Below are positions 47,587 through 56,986 of a stretch of DNA of 64,000 nt, piece by piece. The position numbers and the translations under genes were made by a program. Positions within the stretch are counted from its first letter, which is position 1. Every line of letters starts with the position of its first letter. The stretch spans positions 896,001 to 960,000 of the forward strand of contig CAVPPB010000003.1 in assembly GCA_963707215.1 (NCBI GenBank). Reading direction: 5' to 3'. The DNA is from an uncultured Chloroflexia bacterium (lineage in GTDB: Bacteria; Chloroflexota; Limnocylindria; Limnocylindrales; CSP1-4). Below the pieces are notes generated by a model. It made no database searches, was not told the DNA's origin, and saw only the letters and a list, made by a program, of their open reading frames with translations.

Positions 47587-49557
47587 TCACTCCTCCTCGG
47601 CCGCGCCGGTCCGTTCGCGGATCGTGTCCACGACGGTCGCGTCGGCCAGGGTGGTCGTGTCGCCGAGCGTCCGTCCCTCGGCGATGTCGCGGAGCAGCCG
47701 CCGCATGATCTTGCCCGACCGGGTCTTGGGCAGGTCGGGCACGAACATCAGGTACTTGGGCCGGGCGATCGGGCCGATGACGTAGGCGACGTGCTCGCGG
47801 AGCTGGAGGGCGAGGGCATCGGTCGGCTCCTGGCCCGATTTGAGGATGACGTAGGCGAAGATGGCCTGTCCGGTGACCTCGTCGGTCCGGCCGACGACCG
47901 CTGCCTCGGCGACCGACCGATGGTCGACCAGCGCGGACTCGACCTCGGTGGTGCTGATCCGGTGCCCGGCGACGTTCATGACGTCGTCGACGCGCCCGAG
48001 CAGCCAGAAGTAGCCCTCCTCGTCGCGCTTGGCGCCGTCGCCGGCGAAGTACATCCCGGGGAAGCGGCTCCAGTACGTCTGCCGATAACGCTCCGGGTCA
48101 CCGTAGATGCCCCGCAGCATGCCCGGCCACGGTCGCTTGAGGACCAGGTACCCACCGCCACCGAAGGGAACGCTCCGCCCCTCGGCGTCGACGATGTCGG
48201 CTTCGATCCCCGGCAGAGGGAACGTCGCCGAGCCGGGCTTTGTGATCGTCACGCCGGGTAGCGGGCTGATGAGGATCTGCCCGGTCTCGGTCTGCCACCA
48301 CGTATCGACGACCGGAGCCCGCCCGCCACCGACGTGCTCGTGGTACCAGAGCCAGGCCTCCGGATTGATGGGCTCGCCGACCGATCCCAGCAGCCGGAGC
48401 GACGAGAGGTCGTGGGCGGCCGGGAACTGCGGGCCCTGCTTCATGAAGGCCCGGATGGCCGTCGGCGCGGTATACAGGATGGAGACCTTGTACTCCTCGA
48501 CGATCTCCCACCAGCGGTCCCAGGTCGGCGTGTCCGGCGAGCCCTCGTACAGGATCCCGGTCGACCCGTTGGCGAGCGGTCCGTAGACGATGTAGCTGTG
48601 GCCGGTGACCCAGCCGATGTCAGCCGCGCACCAGTAGACGTCGTCGGGCTTGAGGTCGAAGACCATCTCGTGGGTGAACGAGGCGCCCAGGAGGTAGCCG
48701 GCGGTCGTGTGGAGGATGCCCTTCGGCTTGGCCGTCGTCCCCGACGTGTAGAGGAGGTAGAGCATGTGTTCCGATTCCACCGGGACGGCCGGGCAGTCCG
48801 GGCGCTGGCGATCGACCAGCTCGTGCCACCAGTGGTCCCGGCGAGGCACCATGTGGACACCTTCGCCGAAGCGATCGACGACGAGGACGTGCTCGATCGT
48901 CGGCGTCCCGGTCACCGCCTCGTCAGCGTGCCGCTTCAGCCCGACCTTGTTCCCGCGTCGCCAGCCGCCGTCAGCGGTGATCAGGACCTTGGCCCCACAG
49001 TCGTTGATGCGGTCGGCCAGCGCTTCAGCCGAGAAGCCCCCGAAGACGACGGTATGGGGGGCGCCGATGCGGGCGCAGGCGAGCATCGCGATCGGCAGTT
49101 CAGGGATCATCGGCAGGTAGATGGCGACCCGGTCGCCCTTGCGGACACCCAGCTCCGACAGGGCGTTGGCGCACTTGCCGACCTCCGTGTGGAGCTCCGC
49201 GTAGGTCAGCGTCCGGGTATCGCCGGGCTCGCCGATCCAGTGGTAGGCGACCTTCTCGCCGAGGCCTCGCTCCAGGTGGCGGTCGAGACAGTTGTAGGCG
49301 ACGTTGAGCTCGCCCCCGTCGAACCAGCGAGCGAACGGCAGGTCCCACTCCAGCGTCGAGGAGAACGGCGTGAACCAGGAGATCCGCTCGCGCGCCTGGC
49401 GGGCCCAGAACGCCTCCGGGTCGCGGACCGCCTCGTCGTAGAGCTCCGGGCCAGCGTTCGCGGCGGCCGCGAACCCGGCGGGCGGGGCGAACGTCCGTCG
49501 CTCGGCGAGGAGGTTCTCGATCTCCGGCTGGGTCGGATCCTTCGGGTCGACGCTCAC
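47587..49557 (-). CDS. acs: Acetyl-CoA synthetase
   Basis: YTSGTTAKPKG, DTWWQTET, PKTRSGKIMRR; GTG with RBS GGAGGAGG. Confidence 0.97.
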   Translation of the reverse strand: MSVDPKDPTQPEIENLLAERRTFAPPAGFAAAANAGPELYDEAVRDPEAFWARQARERISWFTPFSSTLEWDLPFARWFDGGELNVAYNCLDRHLERGLGEKVAYHWIGEPGDTRTLTYAELHTEVGKCANALSELGVRKGDRVAIYLPMIPELPIAMLACARIGAPHTVVFGGFSAEALADRINDCGAKVLITADGGWRRGNKVGLKRHADEAVTGTPTIEHVLVVDRFGEGVHMVPRRDHWWHELVDRQRPDCPAVPVESEHMLYLLYTSGTTAKPKGILHTTAGYLLGASFTHEMVFDLKPDDVYWCAADIGWVTGHSYIVYGPLANGSTGILYEGSPDTPTWDRWWEIVEEYKVSILYTAPTAIRAFMKQGPQFPAAHDLSSLRLLGSVGEPINPEAWLWYHEHVGGGRAPVVDTWWQTETGQILISPLPGVTITKPGSATFPLPGIEADIVDAEGRSVPFGGGGYLVLKRPWPGMLRGIYGDPERYRQTYWSRFPGMYFAGDGAKRDEEGYFWLLGRVDDVMNVAGHRISTTEVESALVDHRSVAEAAVVGRTDEVTGQAIFAYVILKSGQEPTDALALQLREHVAYVIGPIARPKYLMFVPDLPKTRSGKIMRRLLRDIAEGRTLGDTTTLADATVVDTIRERTGAAEEE

Positions 49558-49651
49558 GGGTCCTCCTCCCTGGGAACGGCGGTGTCGAACGGCCGCGATC
49601 CCAAGCATTCTACGGGTGACCGTTACCCCCGGACACCGCAGGGAGGACACG

Positions 49652-50899
49652 ATGGACGTGCCGGCTCGAACGACCATCCGCCTGGGCCGCTGGCTCGACC
49701 CGTCGGCCGGGGCGTGGCGGGAGCCGGCCGACCTCATCGTCGACGACGGGCGCATCACCGCCATCCTCCCGACGGGGGGCGGCAAGCCGGGCGACCTCGA
49801 CACGACGAGCCCGTCGCTCGACCTGTCCGGTCTTGTCGTCGTGCCCGGGCTCATCGACGTGCACACCCATCTCGTGGGCGGGACCGAGTGGGCCGGCGTG
49901 CCGGCCACGACGACGTCGGCGGCACAGGAGGCGATGCTGGGGGTCCGGAACGCCCGAACCACGCTGGAGGCCGGCTTCACGTCGGTCCGCGACGTCGGCA
50001 CGTACCGGGCCTTCGTCGACGTGGCGCTCCGCGACGCGATCGATGCCGGCGACGTGGTGGGGCCGCGGATGCAGTGCGCGGGCGCCTACATCACCAGCCC
50101 GGGCGGAGGTGGTGACGTCACCGGGCTGGCCCGCGACATCGCCCTCCCTGAGGATCTTCGCTTCGGGGTCGTCCGGGACGTCGCCGACGTCCGCGAGCGG
50201 GTCCGGGCGCTCGTCGCCGGTGGCGCCGACGTCATCAAGCTCATCGTCACCGGAGCCGTCCTGACCCGGGGCACCCGCCCCGGGGTCGTCGAGCTGAGCG
50301 AGGCCCAGGTCAGGACCGCCGTCGAGGAGGCCGCCGTCCTGGGCGTCCGGGTGGCCGCCCACGCCCATGGGGCCGAGGGCATCGTCGTGGCAGCCCGGGC
50401 CGGGGTCGCCTCGATCGAGCACGGATCGCTCATCGACGAGGCCGGCATCGAGGCGCTCCAGGCCAAGGGGACGTTCCTCGTCGCCGACGTCTACGACGGC
50501 GACTGGATCGCCGAGGAGGGCACGCGACAGGGCTGGCCCCAGGAGACCCTTCGCAAGAACGAGGAGACGACGCAGGCCCAGCGGGACGGCTTCCGGAGGG
50601 CTCTCGCGGCGGGGGTCCGGATGGCCTTCGGGACCGACAGCGGCGTCTATCCGCACGGCCGCAACGCGATCCAGCTCGGGATCATGACCGGTCTCGGGAT
50701 GGCCCCGCTCGATGCCCTCCGTTCCGCTACCACCTGGGCGGCGGAGCTGATGGGCCGGACCGACGTCGGCACGCTCGAGGTCGGGTGCTGGGCAGACCTG
50801 GTCGGAGTGGCCGGTGATCCTCTCGCCGACATCGGCGAGCTCGAGCGTCCCGTCGTCGTCGTCAAGGGGGGTCGGGTCGTCCGCGACGACCGCCGCTAG
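49652..50899 (+). CDS. Amidohydrolase (prolidase-like metal-dependent hydrolase)
   Basis: PGLIDVHTH, VIK, AHAHG, IEHG, FGTDSG. Confidence 0.92.
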   Translation: MDVPARTTIRLGRWLDPSAGAWREPADLIVDDGRITAILPTGGGKPGDLDTTSPSLDLSGLVVVPGLIDVHTHLVGGTEWAGVPATTTSAAQEAMLGVRNARTTLEAGFTSVRDVGTYRAFVDVALRDAIDAGDVVGPRMQCAGAYITSPGGGGDVTGLARDIALPEDLRFGVVRDVADVRERVRALVAGGADVIKLIVTGAVLTRGTRPGVVELSEAQVRTAVEEAAVLGVRVAAHAHGAEGIVVAARAGVASIEHGSLIDEAGIEALQAKGTFLVADVYDGDWIAEEGTRQGWPQETLRKNEETTQAQRDGFRRALAAGVRMAFGTDSGVYPHGRNAIQLGIMTGLGMAPLDALRSATTWAAELMGRTDVGTLEVGCWADLVGVAGDPLADIGELERPVVVVKGGRVVRDDRR

Positions 50900-51873
50900 G
50901 CCGGGTCCTCGACGTCGGGAGCCCCTTCGACGGCCGCCTCGGCGACCCCGGGTTCGGCGACCGCGCCCGCGGCGAGCGCCTCCTCGGCGACCGTCCCGTC
51001 GGGGTCCTCGGTCCGAGAGATGACGACTCGGTGCGGGAACGGGATCTCGATGCCGGCAGTGGCGAAGCCCCTCAGGATCCGCCGACGAAGCTCGCCCGTG
51101 GCGGCCCACTGGTCGCCAGCCCGGACCCGTCCGACGACCTTGATGTCCACGCCCGAATCGCCGAGCAGATCGACGCGGAGGGAGGCCGGTGCGTCGAGGA
51201 TCCGGTCCTTCCAGACCTCGTCGGAGGCCATCTCGAGCCCGATCGCATCGATGACGGCCATCGCCTGGTCGGTGTCCGTCCCGTAGGCGACCGAGACGTC
51301 GAGGTTGATGCCGGCATAGATGCGGGTCAGGTTTGAGGCGACCCGGATCTCGCCGTTGGGGACGATGTGGACGGTACCGCTCAGGTCGCGCAGCTCGGTC
51401 CGGCGCAGGCCGAGGTCCTCGACCGTGCCCGAGACCCCGCCGATCCGGACGATGTCGCCCTCGGCGAACTGGTTCTCCAGGACGATGAGCGCACCGTTGA
51501 GGTAGTCGCGGATGATGTCCTGGCCGGCGAAGGCGATCGCCGCTCCGATGAGACCAAGGGCCGCGATGATCGACAGCAGGTCCAGGACCGCCAGGACGAC
51601 CAGGACCAGGATGCCGATGACCGCCAGGCGGAGGAGCGAATTGAGCAGACCCTCCAGGGTCCTGGCCCGCTTCGCGGCTTCGGCCTCGGCCAGGTCGGGC
51701 GGCAGCCCGGCCTTGATCGCGCTCCGCAGGAGCGTCCGCTCGAGCGCCCGGTGGATGAAGCCACGGCCGAGGCGGAGGACGATCAAGCCGACGACGACCG
51801 CGAGCAGCAGGACCGCCGCGTTGGCGGCGAACCAGCGCAGCATCTCCTCGATCTGGGGCGTGACGTCAGGCAC
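50896..51873 (-). CDS. Small-conductance mechanosensitive channel (MscS family)
   Basis: FAGQDIIRDYLNG, GTVEDLGLRRT, VPNG, GIEIPFP. Confidence 0.92.
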   Translation of the reverse strand: MPDVTPQIEEMLRWFAANAAVLLLAVVVGLIVLRLGRGFIHRALERTLLRSAIKAGLPPDLAEAEAAKRARTLEGLLNSLLRLAVIGILVLVVLAVLDLLSIIAALGLIGAAIAFAGQDIIRDYLNGALIVLENQFAEGDIVRIGGVSGTVEDLGLRRTELRDLSGTVHIVPNGEIRVASNLTRIYAGINLDVSVAYGTDTDQAMAVIDAIGLEMASDEVWKDRILDAPASLRVDLLGDSGVDIKVVGRVRAGDQWAATGELRRRILRGFATAGIEIPFPHRVVISRTEDPDGTVAEEALAAGAVAEPGVAEAAVEGAPDVEDPA

Positions 51874-51906
51874 GGAGCCGCTCCCGGGTACTCGGCATGA
51901 CGGGGA

Positions 51907-52677
51907 TCAGGCGACCACCCCGCCCAGACGGCGACTGATCGCCGCCGCTGCCTCGCGGACGTGGGCAGCCAGCTCGGGGATACGCCGCGGAGTGAGCCGG
52001 AAGGCCGGCCCCCAGACATCGACCGCGGCGATGACCTGCCCGCGGGCATCGTGGACCGGCGCCGCGACAGCGTTCAGGCCGGCCTCGTACTCGCCCATCG
52101 CCGTGGCGTAGCCGCGACGCCGGACCCGGGCCAGCTCCTCGAGGAGCGGCTCGAGGTCGGTGATCGTCCGGTCGGTGTAGCGGGGCAGGCCGTGACGGAC
52201 GATCCGAACGACCTCGCGCTCGGCGAGGGCGGCCATCAGGACCTTGCCGGAGGCGATGCAGTGGAGCGGGGCGGACCGCCCGGTCCAGTCACCGACCGCC
52301 ACGAGGTTCGGACCGTCGACGTGGGCGACGGCCAGGCAGTCGTCGCCATCGAGGATGGCGAGCCCGGTCGTCTCGTGGGTCAGGCGGGCGAGCCGCTCCA
52401 GCTCGGGCAGGGCGAGGCCTCGAAGGTCGAGGGTCCGCTCGGCCCGCTCGGCCAGGCGGATGACGACCAGGCCGAGCCGGTACTTGCCCGTCTCGTCGTC
52501 CTGCTCCACCAGGCCGCGACGCTCCAGGGTCGCCAGCAGCCGGGACGCCGTCGACTTGTGGAGGCCGAGCCGTCGCGCCAGCTCGGTCACACCGGAGGGG
52601 CCCGGGCTGTCGCCGAGGGCCAGCAGGAGGGCGGCGGCCCGGTCGACCGACCGGACCGCGTTGCCGTCGACGCTCAT
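51907..52677 (-). CDS. IclR family transcriptional regulator
   Basis: SVDRA, LGLHKSTASRLL, PLHCIASGK, AVAAPV. Confidence 0.95.
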   Translation of the reverse strand: MSVDGNAVRSVDRAAALLLALGDSPGPSGVTELARRLGLHKSTASRLLATLERRGLVEQDDETGKYRLGLVVIRLAERAERTLDLRGLALPELERLARLTHETTGLAILDGDDCLAVAHVDGPNLVAVGDWTGRSAPLHCIASGKVLMAALAEREVVRIVRHGLPRYTDRTITDLEPLLEELARVRRRGYATAMGEYEAGLNAVAAPVHDARGQVIAAVDVWGPAFRLTPRRIPELAAHVREAAAAISRRLGGVVA

Positions 52678-52687
52678 ATGAGGGCGA

Positions 52688-54091
52688 TCACCCGCCGCCT
52701 TCGTGGCCCATGGCGCCGTACGCCGCCTCGGCCTCGTGCGGCAGCGGCTTGCCCTGGGCCCGCAGCTCGAGAGCGGACCTGAACGACTCCTCGAAGGCGG
52801 TCACGACCCGGTCGACGATGTCGCCCTGGGCGTGCGCCTCGCAGACGAACCATGGCTCCCGCGAGTCCGGCTCCGGCATCGCGCCGCGGGCGTGCATGCC
52901 GACCGCGACGGCGTCGTACAGCTCGTGGTCGGTCTCGGCCCAGTCGCGGTACTCGGAGGCGACCTTGTCGGTGAACATGATCCCGAACATCGATGGGTGG
53001 CCGGTGAAGTTGTAGGGCAGCCCGCTGGGGTTGAGGATCTCCCGCAGGCCGTCCTGGATCCGCAGGCCGGTCGCATGGATGGTGTCCAGCGCGTCGGTGT
53101 CGCGGAGGATCTCCAGGGTCTTCACGGCCGCCGCGGCTGCGACCCGGTTGCCGGCGTACGTGCCGCCGTGGCTGACCTTGTCCGGCAGGACGCTCATGAC
53201 CTCGCGCCGTCCGCCGAACGCCGCGGCCGGGTAGCCATTGCCCATCGCCTTGGCGTAGGTCGCCAGGTCGGGGGTGATCCCGAAGTACTCGGCCGCACCG
53301 CCCCTGGCGAAGCGGAAGCCGGTCTTGACCTCGTCGAAGATGAGCAGGATGCCGAACTCCTCGGTCAGCTCGCGCATCGCCTTGTGGAAGCCGGGCTTCG
53401 GCAGGATGCCCTGCGCGTTGCCCAGGACCGGCTCGACGATGATCGCCGCGATCTCCTCCCCCTGGCGCTCGAAGAGGCGCCGCAGGAAGTCGATGTCGTT
53501 GTAGCGGGCCGGGATGATCGTGTCGGCGACCGGCCCCGGGATGCCCCGGCCCCAGGCCAGGCCGACCGGGTTGTCGGCGTCGCCGAGGGTGGCGACGTCG
53601 TTGGGGGCCACGCTGATCAGGGCGTAGTCGTGGACGCCGTGGTACTGGCCCTCGAACTTCACGATCTTGTCGCGACCGGTGTAGGCCCGGGCGACCCGCA
53701 TCGCGTGCATCGTGGCCTCGGTCCCCGAGACGGTCATCCGGGCCATCTCGACCCAACCGTTGAGCTCGCAGACCAGCTCCATCGCCCGGACCTCGTCCTC
53801 CGAGGTCAGGCTGAAGCTCACGCCCTTGCGCATCCGCTCGTTGACGTAGTCGTCGACCCGCTCGTCGTTGTGGCCGAGGATGACCGGTCCGTAGCCCATC
53901 CGGAGGTCGACGTACTCGTTCTGGTCGAGGTCCCAGACCATGCCGCCCTGACCTCGGTCGACGTAGATCGTGTCCTCCCCCCAGGCGCGGAAGTTGGAGT
54001 CGGTGCCGCCCGGGAGCGTCTGCAGGGCCCGCCGGTACATCGTCGCCTGGGCGTCGCGCTTCAAGGTCGGCTTCGCGGGCTCGGTGGCCAT
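52688..54091 (-). CDS. Class III PLP aminotransferase (HemL-like)
   Basis: SGTEA, KFEGQYHG, FDEVKTGFR, YAKAMGNG, HGGTY; RBS AGGAG. Confidence 0.9.
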   Translation of the reverse strand: MATEPAKPTLKRDAQATMYRRALQTLPGGTDSNFRAWGEDTIYVDRGQGGMVWDLDQNEYVDLRMGYGPVILGHNDERVDDYVNERMRKGVSFSLTSEDEVRAMELVCELNGWVEMARMTVSGTEATMHAMRVARAYTGRDKIVKFEGQYHGVHDYALISVAPNDVATLGDADNPVGLAWGRGIPGPVADTIIPARYNDIDFLRRLFERQGEEIAAIIVEPVLGNAQGILPKPGFHKAMRELTEEFGILLIFDEVKTGFRFARGGAAEYFGITPDLATYAKAMGNGYPAAAFGGRREVMSVLPDKVSHGGTYAGNRVAAAAAVKTLEILRDTDALDTIHATGLRIQDGLREILNPSGLPYNFTGHPSMFGIMFTDKVASEYRDWAETDHELYDAVAVGMHARGAMPEPDSREPWFVCEAHAQGDIVDRVVTAFEESFRSALELRAQGKPLPHEAEAAYGAMGHEGGG

Positions 54092-54292
54092 GTCGCTCCT
54101 CGGCTGCGTGGTCCGCATGACGGGACCGCTCCGCGGCCGACGCAACCCGGGATCGATGGTTGCATGGAGCGGAACGGTGGTCGCCGCCATGCTGCCACAC
54201 GGCCCAGGAGGGGTCAACGACCTCGCGGACCCTCGCGGCATCGCGATCCGGCAGAGCGTGCGAGCGGACGGCCCACCCGCGACACTTGCGCC

Positions 54293-54610
54293 ATGCCCGC
54301 CGGCGCCTACCTGCTCGCCATCCTCTTCTCGCTCGCCGGGATGCTGGTGATCGACCGCACCCAGCGGCTCGGGATCCTCGGTCGGCGGTTGCTCGTGGCG
54401 GTCGTGGTCGTCGAGGCTGCGTTCCTCCTCGTCTTCGACGTCGTCGGGGCCGGCCGCGGCTGGTTCGCCTCGAACCCGGACTACGTGGTGGCGATCGTCC
54501 CACCGGGCATCCCGCCCGAGGAACCCCTGCTGCTGGCCTTCCTCGCCTACTTCACGCTCGTCGTCCAGGGTCTCGCCCGTCGCTGGCTCGGCGAGGGCGG
54601 CGATGCCTGA
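54293..54610 (+). CDS. Heterodimeric lycopene/C50 cyclase subunit (CrtYe/Yg-like)
   Basis: AYLLAILFSLAGMLVID..FLLVFDVVG..GIPPEE; -10 GACACT 6 nt before ATG. Confidence 0.82.
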   Translation: MPAGAYLLAILFSLAGMLVIDRTQRLGILGRRLLVAVVVVEAAFLLVFDVVGAGRGWFASNPDYVVAIVPPGIPPEEPLLLAFLAYFTLVVQGLARRWLGEGGDA

Positions 54611-54896
54611 GTACACCCTCGCCGCGATCGTCTTCCTGGCCGTCGGGGCGGCCGCGGCGGCGGCGGTCGGGCTGCTGCGCCGGCGCTCGACCTGGCTGAC
54701 GCTGGGGGTCTTCGCCGGCTTCACCGTCGTCTTCGACGTCATCCTGACCGGCCTGCCGATCGTGACCTACGGCGACGGCTTCACGACCGGGATCGCCCTC
54801 GGGCCGATGCCCATCGAGGACCTCCTGTACGGCCTAGCGCTGGCCCTGGCGGCCATGGTCGGATCCACCGCTGCAGGACGATGGTGGCGCCGCTGA
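54603..54896 (+). CDS. Heterodimeric lycopene/C50 cyclase subunit (CrtYf/Yh-like)
   Basis: TVVFD..IVTY..G..PIEDLLY. Confidence 0.82.
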   Translation: MPEYTLAAIVFLAVGAAAAAAVGLLRRRSTWLTLGVFAGFTVVFDVILTGLPIVTYGDGFTTGIALGPMPIEDLLYGLALALAAMVGSTAAGRWWRR

Positions 54897-56986
54897 CCGG
54901 CGGGGCGGAGGTCGGTCCGCCGACGACCGCGGCCCCCGGGAGCGCGCTTCTCGCGATGCTGCGCGAGCTCCTCCTGGCCAGCCGACCGCTGTCCTGGATC
55001 AACACGGCCCTGCCCTTCCTGGCGGCCGGCTACGAGATCGAGCGGACCGTGACGCCGCTGCTGGTGCTCGGGACGGTCTACTTCCTCGTCCCGTACAACC
55101 TGCTGATGTACGGGATCAACGACATCTTCGACTACGCCTCGGACCTGGCGAACCCAAGGAAGCGTTCGCTCGAGGGCGGCCTGGTCCCGCCGGACCGTCG
55201 GCGGGCGACCTGGGTCGCCATCGCGGTGTCGAACCTGCCCTTCCTACTCGCTCTCGTGGCGCTGGCCCCGACCGCCGGCTGGCTGGCGGTCCTCGTCGCG
55301 GCCGTGGCCGCGGTCATCTACTCGGCGCCGCCACTGCGCACCAAGACCCGACCCGTCCTCGACTCGCTGACGTCGTCGTCGCACTTCGTCCTGCCGGCCG
55401 TAGCCGGCTTCCTCGTGGCGGGCGTGCCCTTCGACGGACTACCGTGGGTCGTCCTGGGCGGCTTCTTCTCCTGGGGCATCGCCAGCCACGCCCTGGGGGC
55501 CATCCAGGACGTCGAGTACGACCGCTCGGCCGGCATCGGGTCGATCGCGACCGCGTTCGGGGCGCGCCCGACCGCCGCCGTCGCCCTGGTCGGGTACGGG
55601 CTCGCGGCCCTGGCCGCCGCCTCACTCAGCGGCTCTGGCCTCGTCGCCGGGGCGGCCCTGGCGACGTATCTGCTCCTCCCGCTGGCGGTCCTGCTCGACC
55701 CGTCCGAGGCCCAGGCACGACGCGCCTGGCGGTCATTCCTGGGCCTCAACCTGCTCGTCGGGTTCGTGGTCACCCAGCTCCTGCTCATCCACTGGGGCAT
55801 CGTCCCGGACCGGCCGGCGGCGCTCCTCGTCATCCTGGCAGTGACCGGCAGCGCCTTCGCCCTGGGGTCGCTGGTGGCCAACGAGCTGGCGCTGCGACGG
55901 TCGCGGCGTGTGGCGCTCGCGGGACACCCGCGCGGGACTCCATTGCCTCGCTTGTCGGTCGTCGTCCCCTGTCGTGACGAGGCCGCCAACATCCCCGGGG
56001 TCATCGAGGCGCTCGCCGCCCAGGACCACCACGACCTCGTGATCGTGATCGTGGACGATGGGTCCTCTGACGAGACGGCCGAGCGAGCCCGCCGGGAGCT
56101 CGCCCGCCTGGCCCTGGGTCCGGAGCGCGCCTTCGTCGTCGAGGCGGGGCCGAAGCCTGCTGGCTGGGCCGGCAAGAGTTGGGCCTGTGCCCGGGGTGCC
56201 GAGGCGATGACGACCGATCACGTGCTCTTCCTCGACGCCGACACACTGCCCCGGCGGAACGCCCTCCGCATCCTCCACGAGGTGGCCCTGGGCTCCGGGG
56301 CCGGGCTCGTCTCCGGGGTCTCGGCCTATGCGATGCCGACGGCCCTGGAGCAGGCCTTCGTCCCCGGTTTCCCGATGACGATCTTCGGCTGGCTGCCGCT
56401 CTGGGCCCACGTGGCCACCGGCGGCCGCCGGCGCCGGCTGGCGTTCGCCTACGGACCGCTGCTCCTGGTGGAGACACGGGCCTACCGCGCGAGTGGCGGT
56501 CATGCCGCGGACCCGGCCAGCCAGCGCGAGGACCTCGACCTGGCCAAGGCCGTGGCGGACGCCGGCTTCCAGGTCCGCCTGGTCGCCGCCGCCGACCTGG
56601 CCGCGACCCGCCACTACCCGGGTGGTCTCGACGCGGTCCAGGCCTGGCGGCGGGTGGGTCTCTCGTACGTCGGCGACACCTTCACCGGGGTCCTGGCGAC
56701 GGTGGCCATGGGCATCGTCTGCTGGGTCCTGCCGCTGCTGGCCGTTCCGGTGGCCATCGGCAGCGGCGAGGCTGACCTGGTGCCCGCCGCCTGGGCCAGC
56801 CTCGCGGCCCTGATCGGCTTCCGGCTGGTCCTTGCCGTCCTCGAGCAGCAGCCGCTGGCAAGCATCCTCTGGCACCCGCTGACCGTCGGTGCGACCATGC
56901 TCGGACAGCTTGCCTCGCTCGCGGACGGCGTGCGGGGCGCCTCGCCGATCTGGCGCGGCCGGCCGTACGAACCAAGGACGTCATGA
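54881..56986 (+). CDS. Lycopene elongase (CrtEb/LyeJ, UbiA family) fused to GT2 carotenoid glycosyltransferase
   Basis: SRPLSWINTA, YGINDIFDYASD..NPRK, AIQDVEYD; then VVPCRDE, DDGSSD, WAGK, FLDADT, ED; uninterrupted frame. Confidence 0.88.
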   Translation: MVAPLTGGAEVGPPTTAAPGSALLAMLRELLLASRPLSWINTALPFLAAGYEIERTVTPLLVLGTVYFLVPYNLLMYGINDIFDYASDLANPRKRSLEGGLVPPDRRRATWVAIAVSNLPFLLALVALAPTAGWLAVLVAAVAAVIYSAPPLRTKTRPVLDSLTSSSHFVLPAVAGFLVAGVPFDGLPWVVLGGFFSWGIASHALGAIQDVEYDRSAGIGSIATAFGARPTAAVALVGYGLAALAAASLSGSGLVAGAALATYLLLPLAVLLDPSEAQARRAWRSFLGLNLLVGFVVTQLLLIHWGIVPDRPAALLVILAVTGSAFALGSLVANELALRRSRRVALAGHPRGTPLPRLSVVVPCRDEAANIPGVIEALAAQDHHDLVIVIVDDGSSDETAERARRELARLALGPERAFVVEAGPKPAGWAGKSWACARGAEAMTTDHVLFLDADTLPRRNALRILHEVALGSGAGLVSGVSAYAMPTALEQAFVPGFPMTIFGWLPLWAHVATGGRRRRLAFAYGPLLLVETRAYRASGGHAADPASQREDLDLAKAVADAGFQVRLVAAADLAATRHYPGGLDAVQAWRRVGLSYVGDTFTGVLATVAMGIVCWVLPLLAVPVAIGSGEADLVPAAWASLAALIGFRLVLAVLEQQPLASILWHPLTVGATMLGQLASLADGVRGASPIWRGRPYEPRTS

